A stretch of 64,000 bases of DNA from Bacteroidota bacterium (GCA_025963725.1 JAOQAE010000002.1:445221-509220), one strand, 5' to 3'; numbered from the stretch's first letter, positions 8,991-19,022 are shown. Made by a program: numbers and translations. Notes: generated from the letters alone by a model not told the origin.

Positions 8991-10958
8991 ATGAGAACGG
9001 GCAAAACAATCATTTTATTTCTTTTATTGAACAGCTTGTTTTATTCTTTGAAAGGGCAGCAATCGCTTGCTGACAGCCTGATCAGCTATGTGAATACACA
9101 GCAGCCTGCCGATTCGCTGAAGATCAAGGCGTACGGCGATATCAGCTGGGAGCTGATGGGTGTTGACATTAACCGCTCGCTCGAGTATGCAAAAAAGGAA
9201 CTGGAGCTCTCTAAATCCACAAAGCGCAGTGCCGATGAGGCGCAGTCGGAAAGCGACCTCGGGAATGTTTACAACCGCATGGGACTGTATGATTCGGCGC
9301 TCAGCCATTATTTCGGCGGGCTCGGCCTGCGCAAAAAGCTGAAGCAGGAAGAGAAGATGGCCGGCATTTATACCAACATCGCCACGGTGTATATGCGTCA
9401 GAACCGTTTCAAGGAAGCGCTCGATATTAACTTTAAATCGCTGAAGATCTTTGAAAATGTGAAGGACACTGCCAAGCAGGCCAATGTGCTGAGCAACATC
9501 GGTAACATTTATTATGAGCTGGAGCAGTCGAAGCCCGCGGAGCAATTCCTGAGAAGAGGCCTGCAGCTTGCGAATGCCGTGCATAAGCCCGTGATCATGG
9601 GAAATATTCTCGTGAACCTTGGCAGCCTTAAATTCGATAAGCTCGACCTCGATTCGGCATTGTATTATTTCAGGGAAGCCGGCAAGATCATGGAAGAGAA
9701 CCACCTGCCCTACAACCTGGCTGCGGTGTATAACAATATCGGGAAGATCTACCACGAGAAAAAAGAATATGCAAAAGCTGCATCGTATTACGAAAAAGCG
9801 CTAAAGAACCGCGAAGAGCTGAACGACAAATTCGGCATAGGCCTTTCAAACATGAACCTTGGCGAGCTTTACATGGCAACGAACGAGCTGGATAAAAGCA
9901 TCGGGTATCTTGAAAAAGCAATAGAAACATTTTCAGCGACGAGCTCATTCATCAACCTTAAGCAATCGTATGGCTTGCTGGCACAGGCCTACCAGGCGAA
10001 GCAGGATTACAAAGCGGCGATCAAATATTTCCAGCTGTATGCGCAGTACAAGGATTCGGTATATACAAAAGACAATGCCGATAAACTGGCGGAAATGCAG
10101 ACGAGGTTCGAAACAGAGAAGAAAGACCTTGAAATAGCCAAGCAGAATGATGAGATCAGGATCACGAAAGCGGAAGTGGAGCGCAAGAACATCATCACCA
10201 TTATGCTGGTGATCTCCATCCTTCTTGTACTTGTGTTCTCCTACCTGCTTTACAACCGCTACAAGCTGAAGCAGGAAGCCCTGATGCACACAGAGCTTCT
10301 TCATCAGCAGGAGCTCCGCGCCAGGTCCATCATTGAAGCAGAAGAGAAAGAGCGCATGCGCATTGCCCGCGACCTGCACGACGGCGTGGGACAAACTTTA
10401 TCGGCAGCCAAGCTGAACTTAAGCAACCTCGAAAGCAAGCTGCACATTACGGAACCAGAAACACAAACAGCATTAAAAAATGCGATCGACCTGGTGGATG
10501 ATTCGGTGAAGGAAGTGCGTGCCGTTTCCCACAACATGATGCCGAATGCACTGCTGAAATCAGGGCTGGTGGCGGCAGTGAGGGAATTCATTCAAAAGCT
10601 TTCCTCCGCAGGGCAGCTGAAGATCGACCTGGAGATCACCGGCTTGCACGAACGTTTGGAGCAGGCTACGGAAACGGTATTATTTAGGGTGATGCAGGAG
10701 ATCGTGAGCAATATTATTAAACATGCAGGAGCTAACCAGGTAACGATCCAGATCATCAAGCATGAGGATGAGCTTACGGTGATGATCGAGGATAACGGGA
10801 TCGGGTTTGATACCGCGAAGCTGAATGATTTCAACGGGATCGGGCTGAAGAACATTGTTTCCCGGGTTGAATTCCTGAAAGGGAAAGTTGATTTTGATTC
10901 GGCTGCCGGCAGGGGAACTACCGTAACCATTGAAATTCCCTTAGCTGTTACTGCTTAA
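8991..10958 (+). CDS. sensor histidine kinase with N-terminal TPR repeats, one TM helix, HisKA_3 and HATPase_c (NarL/LuxR-partner type)
   Basis: TPR-like repeats in aa 60-330; TM segment IITIMLVISILLVLVFSYLLY; HisKA_3 motif ERMRIARDLHDGVGQ; C-terminal ATPase motifs (DNGIGF, GIGL). Confidence 0.8.
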   Translation: MRTGKTIILFLLLNSLFYSLKGQQSLADSLISYVNTQQPADSLKIKAYGDISWELMGVDINRSLEYAKKELELSKSTKRSADEAQSESDLGNVYNRMGLYDSALSHYFGGLGLRKKLKQEEKMAGIYTNIATVYMRQNRFKEALDINFKSLKIFENVKDTAKQANVLSNIGNIYYELEQSKPAEQFLRRGLQLANAVHKPVIMGNILVNLGSLKFDKLDLDSALYYFREAGKIMEENHLPYNLAAVYNNIGKIYHEKKEYAKAASYYEKALKNREELNDKFGIGLSNMNLGELYMATNELDKSIGYLEKAIETFSATSSFINLKQSYGLLAQAYQAKQDYKAAIKYFQLYAQYKDSVYTKDNADKLAEMQTRFETEKKDLEIAKQNDEIRITKAEVERKNIITIMLVISILLVLVFSYLLYNRYKLKQEALMHTELLHQQELRARSIIEAEEKERMRIARDLHDGVGQTLSAAKLNLSNLESKLHITEPETQTALKNAIDLVDDSVKEVRAVSHNMMPNALLKSGLVAAVREFIQKLSSAGQLKIDLEITGLHERLEQATETVLFRVMQEIVSNIIKHAGANQVTIQIIKHEDELTVMIEDNGIGFDTAKLNDFNGIGLKNIVSRVEFLKGKVDFDSAAGRGTTVTIEIPLAVTA

Positions 10959-11901
10959 ACAGGCTGTCCACAAACTCGTGCTTGTTGAACACCTGCAGGT
11001 CTTCCATCTGCTCGCCAACGCCAATGTATTTCACGGGGATCTTAAATGAATCGGAGATGCCGATCGCAACGCCGCCTTTGGCAGTGCCATCGAGCTTTGT
11101 GAGGGCAAGCGCATTTACATCAGTAGCCGCGGTGAACTGCTTGCACTGCTCGATCGCGTTCTGCCCGGTAGATGCATCCAGCACCAGCAGGATCTCATGC
11201 GGCGCATCAGGAACGATCTTGCGCATTACGTTTTTGATCTTGGTAAGCTCGGCCATCAGGTTCACCTTGTTGTGAAGGCGGCCTGCGGTATCGATGATCA
11301 CAATATCTGCGCCTTTTGCCACAGCGGAACTCAGCGTGTCAAATGCAACGGAAGCCGGATCGGCGTTCATGCCCTGTGAAACCACGGGCACGCCGGTACG
11401 CTCTCCCCATACTTTGATCTGGTCGACAGCGGCAGCGCGGAATGTATCTGCAGCGCCGATGATCACGTTCTTTCCTGTTTTTTTGAACTGGTATGCGAGC
11501 TTGCCGATGGTGGTTGTTTTGCCAACGCCGTTCACTCCCACTACCATGATCACATACGGCTTTTTACCTGTAGGAATCGAGAAATCGGCTTTGTCTTCCA
11601 TGCCATTGGAAACGAGCAGCTCGGCTATTTCGAGGCGGAGGATCTCATTCAATTTGGATGTTTCAACGGAGCGTTCTTTGGCAACGCGCTTTTTGATGCG
11701 CTCGATGATGCGGAGTGAAGTATCCACCCCAACATCGGAAGTAAGAAGGATCTCTTCCAGGTTTTCCAGCACTTCATCGTCGACCGTAGCCTTGCCCATA
11801 ATGGCGCTGGCCAGCTTGCTGAAGAAGCTTTGCTTGGTAACGAAAAGCCCTTTGTTTAAACTTTCTTTTTTTTCCTTGCTGAAGAAACTGAAAATGCCCA
11901 T
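10948..11901 (-). CDS. ftsY: signal recognition particle receptor FtsY
   Basis: SRP GTPase motifs GVNGVGKTTTIGKLA, DTAGR and TKLDG; Met at 11901 chosen over the upstream Met at 11967. Confidence 0.9.
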   Translation of the reverse strand: MGIFSFFSKEKKESLNKGLFVTKQSFFSKLASAIMGKATVDDEVLENLEEILLTSDVGVDTSLRIIERIKKRVAKERSVETSKLNEILRLEIAELLVSNGMEDKADFSIPTGKKPYVIMVVGVNGVGKTTTIGKLAYQFKKTGKNVIIGAADTFRAAAVDQIKVWGERTGVPVVSQGMNADPASVAFDTLSSAVAKGADIVIIDTAGRLHNKVNLMAELTKIKNVMRKIVPDAPHEILLVLDASTGQNAIEQCKQFTAATDVNALALTKLDGTAKGGVAIGISDSFKIPVKYIGVGEQMEDLQVFNKHEFVDSLFKQ

Positions 11902-12034
11902 AAGGGAATTGAAGATTGGTGGTAGGTGAATGACAAACCGGAAATTGAAGCTTCCGGTGCAGGACAAGCTTGCTTAAATAATAAAAGCCCCTTTTGTTGA
12001 GGAGCCTTTAGAATAGGGTATTAGCCTGAAATTA

Positions 12035-12187
12035 TTTAGAAGATAAAAAATCTTTGATGTGATCGTTGTGAACGATCTCTTCTTTAAATGTGTAAGCACC
12101 TGTTTTAGGCGATTTTACCATTTTAATAACTTTAGTAAAGTCTTTTCCTTTACCGGATTTCAGCGTTGCAACTACTTTCTTTGCCAT
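12035..12187 (-). CDS. DUF4295-family small basic protein (rpmG-linked)
   Basis: 50-aa ORF MAKKVVATLKSGKGKDFTKVIKMVKSP... directly downstream of rpmG, the conserved Bacteroidota arrangement; not in the ORF track (<60 aa). Confidence 0.6.
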
Positions 12188-12244
12188 TGTATATAAGTTT
12201 TAAGGTCAGGTTAAAGCCTGAAAACAGGCCGGAACATTGACTAA

Positions 12245-12427
12245 TTATTTAATTTCTTTGTGAACTGTTACTTTTTTCAGGATAGGGTTGTATTTCTTCA
12301 ACTCTAAACGCTCAGTAGTGTTCTTTTTGTTCTTGGTAGTGATGTAACGGGATGTTCCCGGCTTACCGCTGTCTTTATGTTCGGTGCACTCCATGATTAC
12401 CTGAATTCTGTTTCCTTTTGTTGCCAT
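12245..12427 (-). CDS. rpmG: 50S ribosomal protein L33
   Basis: 60 aa with [27 protein letters not shown] matching the L33 consensus. Confidence 0.9.
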   Translation of the reverse strand: MATKGNRIQVIMECTEHKDSGKPGTSRYITTKNKKNTTERLELKKYNPILKKVTVHKEIK

Positions 12428-12544
12428 CGTTGTTTTCTTTTTACTAAATTGGGATGCAAATGTAATAATTTTTAATTGAAACGCACAATATTTTAAGAAT
12501 ATAATTCATGAAATTTCGCCTGCCGCGGCTGCTCATGGCTTATT

Positions 12545-13933
12545 TTATTTATTGAAGAGGCTTTCCTCCTTCATCAGCGCTTCAATTTCCGCTGTCTTTT
12601 TGGGTAATTTCCCTGAAAGCACGTCGGGCTCGCCGGTGGTGATCAGCACATCGTCCTCTATGCGGATGCCGATGTTCCACCACTTCGGGTCGCAGGGAGA
12701 GCCGGCAGGAATATAGATGCCGGGCTCCACCGTAATGATCTGGCCGGCGGCAAGCTTCCCGTAATTTCCGGCATCATGCACATCGAGGCCTAAATAATGG
12801 GAGGTGCCGTGAAAAAAATATTTCATAAAATCGTTCGCTTCCTTAATGATCCCAAGCTCCATCAGGCGCTTCTGCACCACTGCCACCGCCGCTTTGTGCG
12901 TGGCCCTGAACTCCGCTCCCGCCCTACAGGCTTTAATCCCGGCCTCCTGCGCCTCCAGCACTATGTTGTAGATCGCTTTCTCTTCGGGGGAAAATACGCC
13001 ATCTACGGGCAGCGTACGGGTCACATCGGCGGTATAGCCATGGTATTCCGCCCCGGCATCGATCACCAGCAGGTCGCCGCCCACCAGCATTTTGCGGTTG
13101 GTTTCATAATGCAGGATGCAGGAGTTTTCGCCCCCGCCAACAATGGATGGGTAACCCACATATTCCGAGCCTTCTTTCCTGAACATGTACTCCACTACAG
13201 CCTGGGCCTGGTATTCCTTCATGCCCGGAACCAGCGAACGCATTACTTCCATGTGCGCCAGGCAGGTCATGTCGATGGCCTTGCGCATCAATACCAGCTC
13301 TTCCGGTTGTTTGATCTCGCGCAGGCTGGCCATGAGCCCGTACAGGTTAAAACCGTCGGTATTCTTGCGCTTGTAGGTTGTTTTATCTTTAAAATGACTG
13401 ATCAGGCTGGCCAGATCGCCTTTATCATCCTTATCGTCATGGGCATCATCAAACAGCCCGAGGTGATATACCTTGTAGAATTTAGAAAAATCGATCTTAA
13501 AATCGGCGAATTGCTCATTCAGCAGCACACTGCCGAAGCCAAGCTGCTGCTTCACCCCTTCCCTGCCCATGATCTTGCCGGTCCATGATTCCTGCATCGG
13601 GTTGCGATTTTGCACAAAGATCAGCTCGTTGGTGGTGATGCTGTCGTAAAACGTTTGGGGCTCCTTGAAAATGATGAGCATGGAATTGGGCTCATCCAGC
13701 CCTGTGAGGTAATAAAAATTGGGATCCTGGTGATAAATGAACTTTGTATCATTCGCCCTTGCGCGCTCCGGGTTGGAAAAGAACACGGCGCAGGCGCTGT
13801 CGGGAAGCCCCTGACGAAGCGCTTCACGCCTGCTTTTATGAAACTCCTTTGTAAGCAGGTCGGTATCGTAGCTTTGGGAAAGGGCAGCGCTTACAGGTAA
13901 AAGAAAGAGCAAACAGAGGATGTTACGTATCAT
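12545..13933 (-). CDS. Xaa-Pro aminopeptidase (M24B, aminopeptidase P family), secreted
   Basis: Signal peptide; aminopeptidase-P N-terminal domain; M24 metal ligands (HGTSHYLGLDVHD, EPG...IRIEDD). Confidence 0.8.
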   Translation of the reverse strand: MIRNILCLLFLLPVSAALSQSYDTDLLTKEFHKSRREALRQGLPDSACAVFFSNPERARANDTKFIYHQDPNFYYLTGLDEPNSMLIIFKEPQTFYDSITTNELIFVQNRNPMQESWTGKIMGREGVKQQLGFGSVLLNEQFADFKIDFSKFYKVYHLGLFDDAHDDKDDKGDLASLISHFKDKTTYKRKNTDGFNLYGLMASLREIKQPEELVLMRKAIDMTCLAHMEVMRSLVPGMKEYQAQAVVEYMFRKEGSEYVGYPSIVGGGENSCILHYETNRKMLVGGDLLVIDAGAEYHGYTADVTRTLPVDGVFSPEEKAIYNIVLEAQEAGIKACRAGAEFRATHKAAVAVVQKRLMELGIIKEANDFMKYFFHGTSHYLGLDVHDAGNYGKLAAGQIITVEPGIYIPAGSPCDPKWWNIGIRIEDDVLITTGEPDVLSGKLPKKTAEIEALMKEESLFNK

Positions 13934-14023
13934 TCTTGGTTCATTTTTAAAATCGGGGCACCGGGAGAAGATGCTTCGGCTCCGCTCAGCATGACAACAA
14001 TGATCTGCTGTCAGCGGGATAAT

Positions 14024-14059
14024 GAAAACTTAGCTTTTGAAAAACAAAAGCTAAGTTTC
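14024..14059 (-). terminator. putative stem-loop downstream of rpmB
   Basis: Inverted repeat aaacttagctttt/aaaagctaagttt with a 7-nt loop; weak U-tract. Confidence 0.3.
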
Positions 14060-14125
14060 ATTAAAAGCAGAAAACGTCACTACGAATGCAGCAACGTTTT
14101 CCAATAAAAGTATGTTAATGAAAAA

Positions 14126-14368
14126 TTATTTCTTTTTCAAAAAGCCCAGAGCCCTTGCTTCTTTTACCACAGCAGAAATACCATTCTTGTTGATGGTTTT
14201 CAGCGCTGAAGTGGAGATCTTGAGGGTGATCCACTTATCTTCTTCCGGAAGGAAGAATTTTTTAACCTGCAGGTTCACATTGAACTTACGTTTGGTCTTT
14301 GCATTCGAGTGAGATACTTTGTTACCCACAATTGCTTTCTTTCCTGTGATTTCGCAAACTCTTGACAT
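14126..14368 (-). CDS. rpmB: 50S ribosomal protein L28
   Basis: MSRVCEITGKKAIVGNKVSHSNAKTKRKFNVNLQ matches the L28 consensus; Met at 14368 is taken as the start (the ORF track extends upstream). Confidence 0.9.
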   Translation of the reverse strand: MSRVCEITGKKAIVGNKVSHSNAKTKRKFNVNLQVKKFFLPEEDKWITLKISTSALKTINKNGISAVVKEARALGFLKKK

Positions 14369-14535
14369 TGTATGTTGTATTAATTGGTCTTTTAAAAAAT
14401 TTCGGACTGCAAATAACGTAAATTTTATTGAATCCGCCAAATAGATTGAAAAAAAATTGGCTTTTCTGAAAGATTCCGCTTTTCAGCGGAATAAATGAAA
14501 CTATAATTTTATCTGCAATAAAAATATTGTTTTCA

Positions 14536-16026
14536 TTAAAACTGCAAATAGATCGGCATTACCTGGTCGGCCTGCTTCACCTGGATGATGATCCAGATAA
14601 ACACGAGGATCACCGCGATCCGGCCGGCCAGCGTGATCTTTGCCAGCACCATCTCCGAAAAGCGCTGGTAGGCTCCCGGGATGAAATGGATGATGTAGCC
14701 CAGCAGCATTACGGCAAACACCGTCCCGTAGGCTTCCAGCATCGGCCGCCATGCCGCCCCGTTAAAATTGGTGAAGATCTGGCTGATGATCACCCCGGCA
14801 TCGTGAAAAGAAGAGGCTTTGAAGAAAATCCAGCAGAAACAGACGAAATGAAAGGTGATGATCACTCCTGCTATTTTTGTCAGTTTTGGAATGCGGAATT
14901 TCGATTTCGGAAGTTTGGAAGCAATTGTCATTCTGACCTTATCAAGCGCGAGCGCTGCGCCGTGCATTCCGCCCCAGACAATGAAATTGAAGGATGCACC
15001 GTGCCAGAGTCCGCCGATGAGCATGGTAAGCATTAAATTGAAGTATTGCCGGAACTTCCCTACCCTGTTGCCTCCCAGTGAAATGTATAAATAATCCTTG
15101 AGCCAGGAGGAGAGCGACATGTGCCACCTGCGCCAGAATTCGGTAATGCTGCTCGACTGATAGGGCGAATCGAAATTCTCATTGATGGTGAAGCCCATCC
15201 ATTTCGCCATCCCGATGGCCATGTCGGAATAGCCCGAAAAATCGCAGTAGATCACCATCGCATAGCCGTAAACTCCCAGCAGGCACTCGATGCCCGAATG
15301 CCGGGATGGGTCGTCAAAAATGTACTGCACATAGTTCACATAAATAAAATCGGAGATCACCACTTTCTTGAAAAGCCCGCCCAGGATCAGGTACATGCCT
15401 CTTGCAATGTCGTGCTCGGTCACAAAAATATCTTTCCTGATCTGCGGGATAAAGTCGGAAGCCCTCACGATCGGCCCCATTACAAGCTTCGGAAAAAAGG
15501 TGAGGAAAAAGCAGTAATCGAGGAAACTGGTCACCGGCTTGAATTTGCCGCGGTACACATCAATGGTATAGCTAAGGTTCTCAAAGGTGTAAAAGGAGAT
15601 CCCGATCGGCAGGATGAGCTTCAAGGGCTGGATGTGCCCCAGCTGCAGGTCGTTGATGATCTCGATAAAGAAGTTGGTGTATTTAAAATAGAACAGCAGG
15701 CTCAGATTAATAAGAATGCTGATCACAAGAATGATCTTCTTGTTCCCTTTTCCCTTCACGCGGTACATGAGGTTGGAGAGGTTAAAGTCGACCACCGCGG
15801 AAAGCAGGATGAACAAAAAATAAAACCCGCAGGCCTTGTAAAAAAAGTACAATGAAAAGAGCGTAAAATAAGCTACCCTCGAGACCTTGCGCTTGTACAG
15901 GAATTGATAGCCGAGCAAAAACACGAGAAAGAAAAACAGGAAAAACCCGCTGTTGAACAAAAGCGGATCTTTTGAATTATAGGCCAGCTGGCCGAGGAGT
16001 TTTTGTATGTCGATGTTGTTGAACAT
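14536..16026 (-). CDS. MBOAT family membrane O-acyltransferase (AlgI/PatA/DltB-like)
   Basis: Polytopic protein; conserved MBOAT His region (GGLWHGASFNFIVWGGMHG); size about 496 aa. Confidence 0.85.
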   Translation of the reverse strand: MFNNIDIQKLLGQLAYNSKDPLLFNSGFFLFFFLVFLLGYQFLYKRKVSRVAYFTLFSLYFFYKACGFYFLFILLSAVVDFNLSNLMYRVKGKGNKKIILVISILINLSLLFYFKYTNFFIEIINDLQLGHIQPLKLILPIGISFYTFENLSYTIDVYRGKFKPVTSFLDYCFFLTFFPKLVMGPIVRASDFIPQIRKDIFVTEHDIARGMYLILGGLFKKVVISDFIYVNYVQYIFDDPSRHSGIECLLGVYGYAMVIYCDFSGYSDMAIGMAKWMGFTINENFDSPYQSSSITEFWRRWHMSLSSWLKDYLYISLGGNRVGKFRQYFNLMLTMLIGGLWHGASFNFIVWGGMHGAALALDKVRMTIASKLPKSKFRIPKLTKIAGVIITFHFVCFCWIFFKASSFHDAGVIISQIFTNFNGAAWRPMLEAYGTVFAVMLLGYIIHFIPGAYQRFSEMVLAKITLAGRIAVILVFIWIIIQVKQADQVMPIYLQF

Positions 16027-16069
16027 TATTTTTTACTGCCTGCGACTATTCTTTATAATTGTTGTTGTT

Positions 16070-16322
16070 ACACACCCCTTGCCCCTCTCGAGAGGGGAAT
16101 CGACCCTGCAAGCATGTTAAATCAATTTCTATTTTAAAATTCCTGTTCGATTAAAAACTCGCATAAATTCATTTAGAAAAGATACTTCTCCTTTCTATAG
16201 GGGAATTCCGATCCTGCAAACATTTTAAATCAATTTCTATTTTAAAATTTCTGTTCGATTAAGAACTCCTCAAATTCATTTAGCGCGATCCACTCCCTTC
16301 TTGAGAGGGGCCGGGGGTGTGT
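16070..16322. repeat. composite repeat: two tandem units of about 115 bp flanked by inverted GC-rich hairpin motifs (ACACACCCC..GCCCCTCTCGAGAGGGG / CCCTCTTGAGAGGGGCCGGGGGTGTGT)
   Basis: Direct comparison of 16103-16190 with 16218-16283 (about 85% identical); the 16070-16097 terminus is the reverse complement of 16293-16322. Confidence 0.7.
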
Positions 16323-16336
16323 TATAAATACATTCC

Positions 16337-17656
16337 TTACTTTTCCTTCTTCCCCTTATACCCTTCATATCCTTTCAAAAAAGCCTGGTACAGCAGGTCT
16401 CCCTGGATCTGGTAGCCTTTGCCGCTGAAATGCACCTTGTCCTTGGCCGATAATTTTGCGGCGTACCACTTCGCCATGGAGCCGTAGCCGCCCATCACCT
16501 CATACAGGTCCCAGTATGCGAGATTATGATCGAGGGAATATTTGATGATCGCCTCGCGGGCCAGCTTCATGTCGGGATTTTTCACCCTGCCCTTCTTGCT
16601 CTTCCTGAACGAATCGCCGGGAGTGGTGAGTAAGATCGCAGTGTTGGGATTGGCATTCTTAAGGCTGGTGATAAGGGTATCGATATTGCGGTAAAAAAGC
16701 TCCTTGTCGAATCCCCCGTAAAATGCTTCATTCGTGCCCATCGAGATGATCACGAGGTCGGCATTCAAATACGAGAACTGCTGCAAAAAGTATTTCGACA
16801 TGTTGTAATGCCTGTATTCAGCGCCATTCACGCCGATCATATCGTAGAGCACGCCGGCGGAATCGTTCTCGAGCATCATCCCGTAAATGCGGGTGGAGTG
16901 CTGCATGGCAGTGTCGGCAGCCTTGTTCCGCAGGTAGATCTGGCGCATAGGCTTGCTGAACTTCAATTCGGAAACAAATGGATTTGCCGATTTATCGATC
17001 GGGCGGATGGTGCCGATCTCGCAGTTAAGGTCGTCGCATACGGTGAGCTCGTAATTGGAAGGGCCTTTTTCATGGAAGAGCGTAAACTTCGTAAAGCTGT
17101 ATCCGAGCTTTGGCTGGTCCTTCACCATGATGCTGATCTCCGCCACCGAATCCTTTGTTTCTACGGTAAAGCCTGAAATACCGATGGGCAGCGGCTTGTC
17201 ATAGAATACATTCCGCTTGGCATCCCAGGCAACATTGGTTACGGTTTTATAGCTGCTGGGCTCATTGCTTTTTGCAACACGGTACGGAAAGATCAATCCG
17301 CGGCCTGCATTCCCGAATTTCAGCTGCATCTTCTGCCGCACGCTGCCTGAAAGAATATCCGCCTGAATATGCGAATCGCCAATGTGCACAATGTTCACGC
17401 GTCCCTGCTTCGTTGTTTCGAGCTGGTACAACTTCTCATACACAAAAGCGAGCGAGCTGCTGTCGTTCTCAATTTTATTGAGGTCGGTGCGGATGAACTT
17501 GTACAGCTTGTAGGAAGCGCTGTCGACTGTTTGCGCCTTTGAATGAAAAGCAAAAGCAATGAGGGCGGCAATAGCTACCACACACTGCTTCCAGTACGAA
17601 GCAGGCTGAGCCATACGCGGGGCTGACCTTCTAATTATGCTTTTTGTTATAATCAC
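16337..17656 (-). CDS. SGNH/GDSL hydrolase family protein (AlgX/AlgJ/PatB-like O-acetyltransferase/esterase), secreted
   Basis: GDSH block (IVHIGDSHIQADI) and a second SGNH block; signal peptide; possible alternative start at 17614. Confidence 0.6.
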   Translation of the reverse strand: MIITKSIIRRSAPRMAQPASYWKQCVVAIAALIAFAFHSKAQTVDSASYKLYKFIRTDLNKIENDSSSLAFVYEKLYQLETTKQGRVNIVHIGDSHIQADILSGSVRQKMQLKFGNAGRGLIFPYRVAKSNEPSSYKTVTNVAWDAKRNVFYDKPLPIGISGFTVETKDSVAEISIMVKDQPKLGYSFTKFTLFHEKGPSNYELTVCDDLNCEIGTIRPIDKSANPFVSELKFSKPMRQIYLRNKAADTAMQHSTRIYGMMLENDSAGVLYDMIGVNGAEYRHYNMSKYFLQQFSYLNADLVIISMGTNEAFYGGFDKELFYRNIDTLITSLKNANPNTAILLTTPGDSFRKSKKGRVKNPDMKLAREAIIKYSLDHNLAYWDLYEVMGGYGSMAKWYAAKLSAKDKVHFSGKGYQIQGDLLYQAFLKGYEGYKGKKEK

Positions 17657-19022
17657 CGTATTCGCTCATTAATTTAGTGTACAATAATTTTCCAACCTTG
17701 TGGGCGCCCCTGAAATTGAAATGCGTGTAGTCCTTATTTGCAAGCACTGTATCGCCTTCCACCCATTTAACCATGGAACCTTCACCGCCCATGGCATCGT
17801 AGAGGCTCCAGTACGCGCAGCCGGTTTGCTCCGCCATTTTCCTCTGCACGTTCACCATCAGCGGAACGCTTGGATCGGTCTGGTAAACGCCATCCTTGCG
17901 GTAACCTTTATCGCCTACGCTGATGAGCAGGATGCTGGCATTGGGAAAGCTTGCCCTGATGTGCCTGATCACATTGAGCATGCCGCGCTCATACCAGGAA
18001 AAATCGGTAACATCCGGGCTTACGGCATTGAGGCCATATTCGAGTACTATTAAGTCGTAACCGAGGTATTGGTTTGTACCCGAATAAATGCTCTGCGGCA
18101 CTTTCACCAGCGGAAATCCGGAATTTCCACGGAATGAAAAATTATCGACAAAGGCGCCGCTGTCGCTTTCCATGCTTAAGCCGAAAATATCCATAGAGCT
18201 TGTGCATTGAAATTTCGCGCTCAGCGACTGCACGCCTTTTCCGTTATCGATCAGCACTTCGTTCACAGGCTCTTTTCCATCGAGCTTGTAATTATTATTG
18301 TTTACGGTCACCGAATTTGCGCCTTCGCTTTTGCCGTAAAGGATGCGTGTTTTATAGAAGCGGTCGAGATGCTTTTGCTTCACGGCAATATATTTCACCC
18401 AACTTTCATTCGCGGTATTGCTGGTATCGGCTTTGCCTGAAACCTGCGGCACAAAGCTGTAGCCGGAGATCCCGAGCACATGGTTCGCTGGCATATTCTC
18501 GAGGAGCGTGTGGGTGGTCCAGCCGCCAAACTGGTGCATTATACTGGTGCGGAAGCCTGCCACAATGGAAGTAATGGGCACAAACCCTACGCCCGCTCCG
18601 CCGAACACATCCTGCATTTCATTGCGCAGGTCCTGGGTGATGAGGTCGCCCTCGATCATGGAATCGCCGAAATAGGCAATGCGTACTTTTTTCTTTTTCT
18701 TAATTTCATTGAGCGCGCCGAAGAAGTGTGCGAGCGCGGAAGTGCTGTCATTCGGGAAATCAATGATGTTTGCAGGATCGGTTGTGCGGACCGCAACGGC
18801 GGTGCTGTCTTTCGCGATCACAGAATCATTCACCACTATAACCGACAACGGAAAGTTCTTCGCTTTTCCCTTGAGGATGATATCGCCGAGCGGATCCACT
18901 TTTTTTGTCTTATGGCCAAAGAGATTGAACTCGGTGCTGAATTGTGAAAGAACGAGCAATACAATGGTAACTGCAAGTACCATTATAAAAGGTTGGGAAT
19001 GCCTGTTTGTATTGTCGTTCAT
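17631..19022 (-). CDS. SGNH/GDSL hydrolase family protein (paralog), secreted
   Basis: GDS block (RIAYFGDSMIEGDL) and DxxH-like C-terminal block; TM/signal segment; adjacent to its paralog and to the MBOAT gene. Confidence 0.6.
   Translation of the reverse strand: MNDNTNRHSQPFIMVLAVTIVLLVLSQFSTEFNLFGHKTKKVDPLGDIILKGKAKNFPLSVIVVNDSVIAKDSTAVAVRTTDPANIIDFPNDSTSALAHFFGALNEIKKKKKVRIAYFGDSMIEGDLITQDLRNEMQDVFGGAGVGFVPITSIVAGFRTSIMHQFGGWTTHTLLENMPANHVLGISGYSFVPQVSGKADTSNTANESWVKYIAVKQKHLDRFYKTRILYGKSEGANSVTVNNNNYKLDGKEPVNEVLIDNGKGVQSLSAKFQCTSSMDIFGLSMESDSGAFVDNFSFRGNSGFPLVKVPQSIYSGTNQYLGYDLIVLEYGLNAVSPDVTDFSWYERGMLNVIRHIRASFPNASILLISVGDKGYRKDGVYQTDPSVPLMVNVQRKMAEQTGCAYWSLYDAMGGEGSMVKWVEGDTVLANKDYTHFNFRGAHKVGKLLYTKLMSEYGDYNKKHN

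Noticed and set aside
12428-12544. Possible extra ribosomal protein gene between rpmG and the aminopeptidase
   Set aside because: Only 117 bp, with no ORF. rpmB is instead found at 14126-14368.
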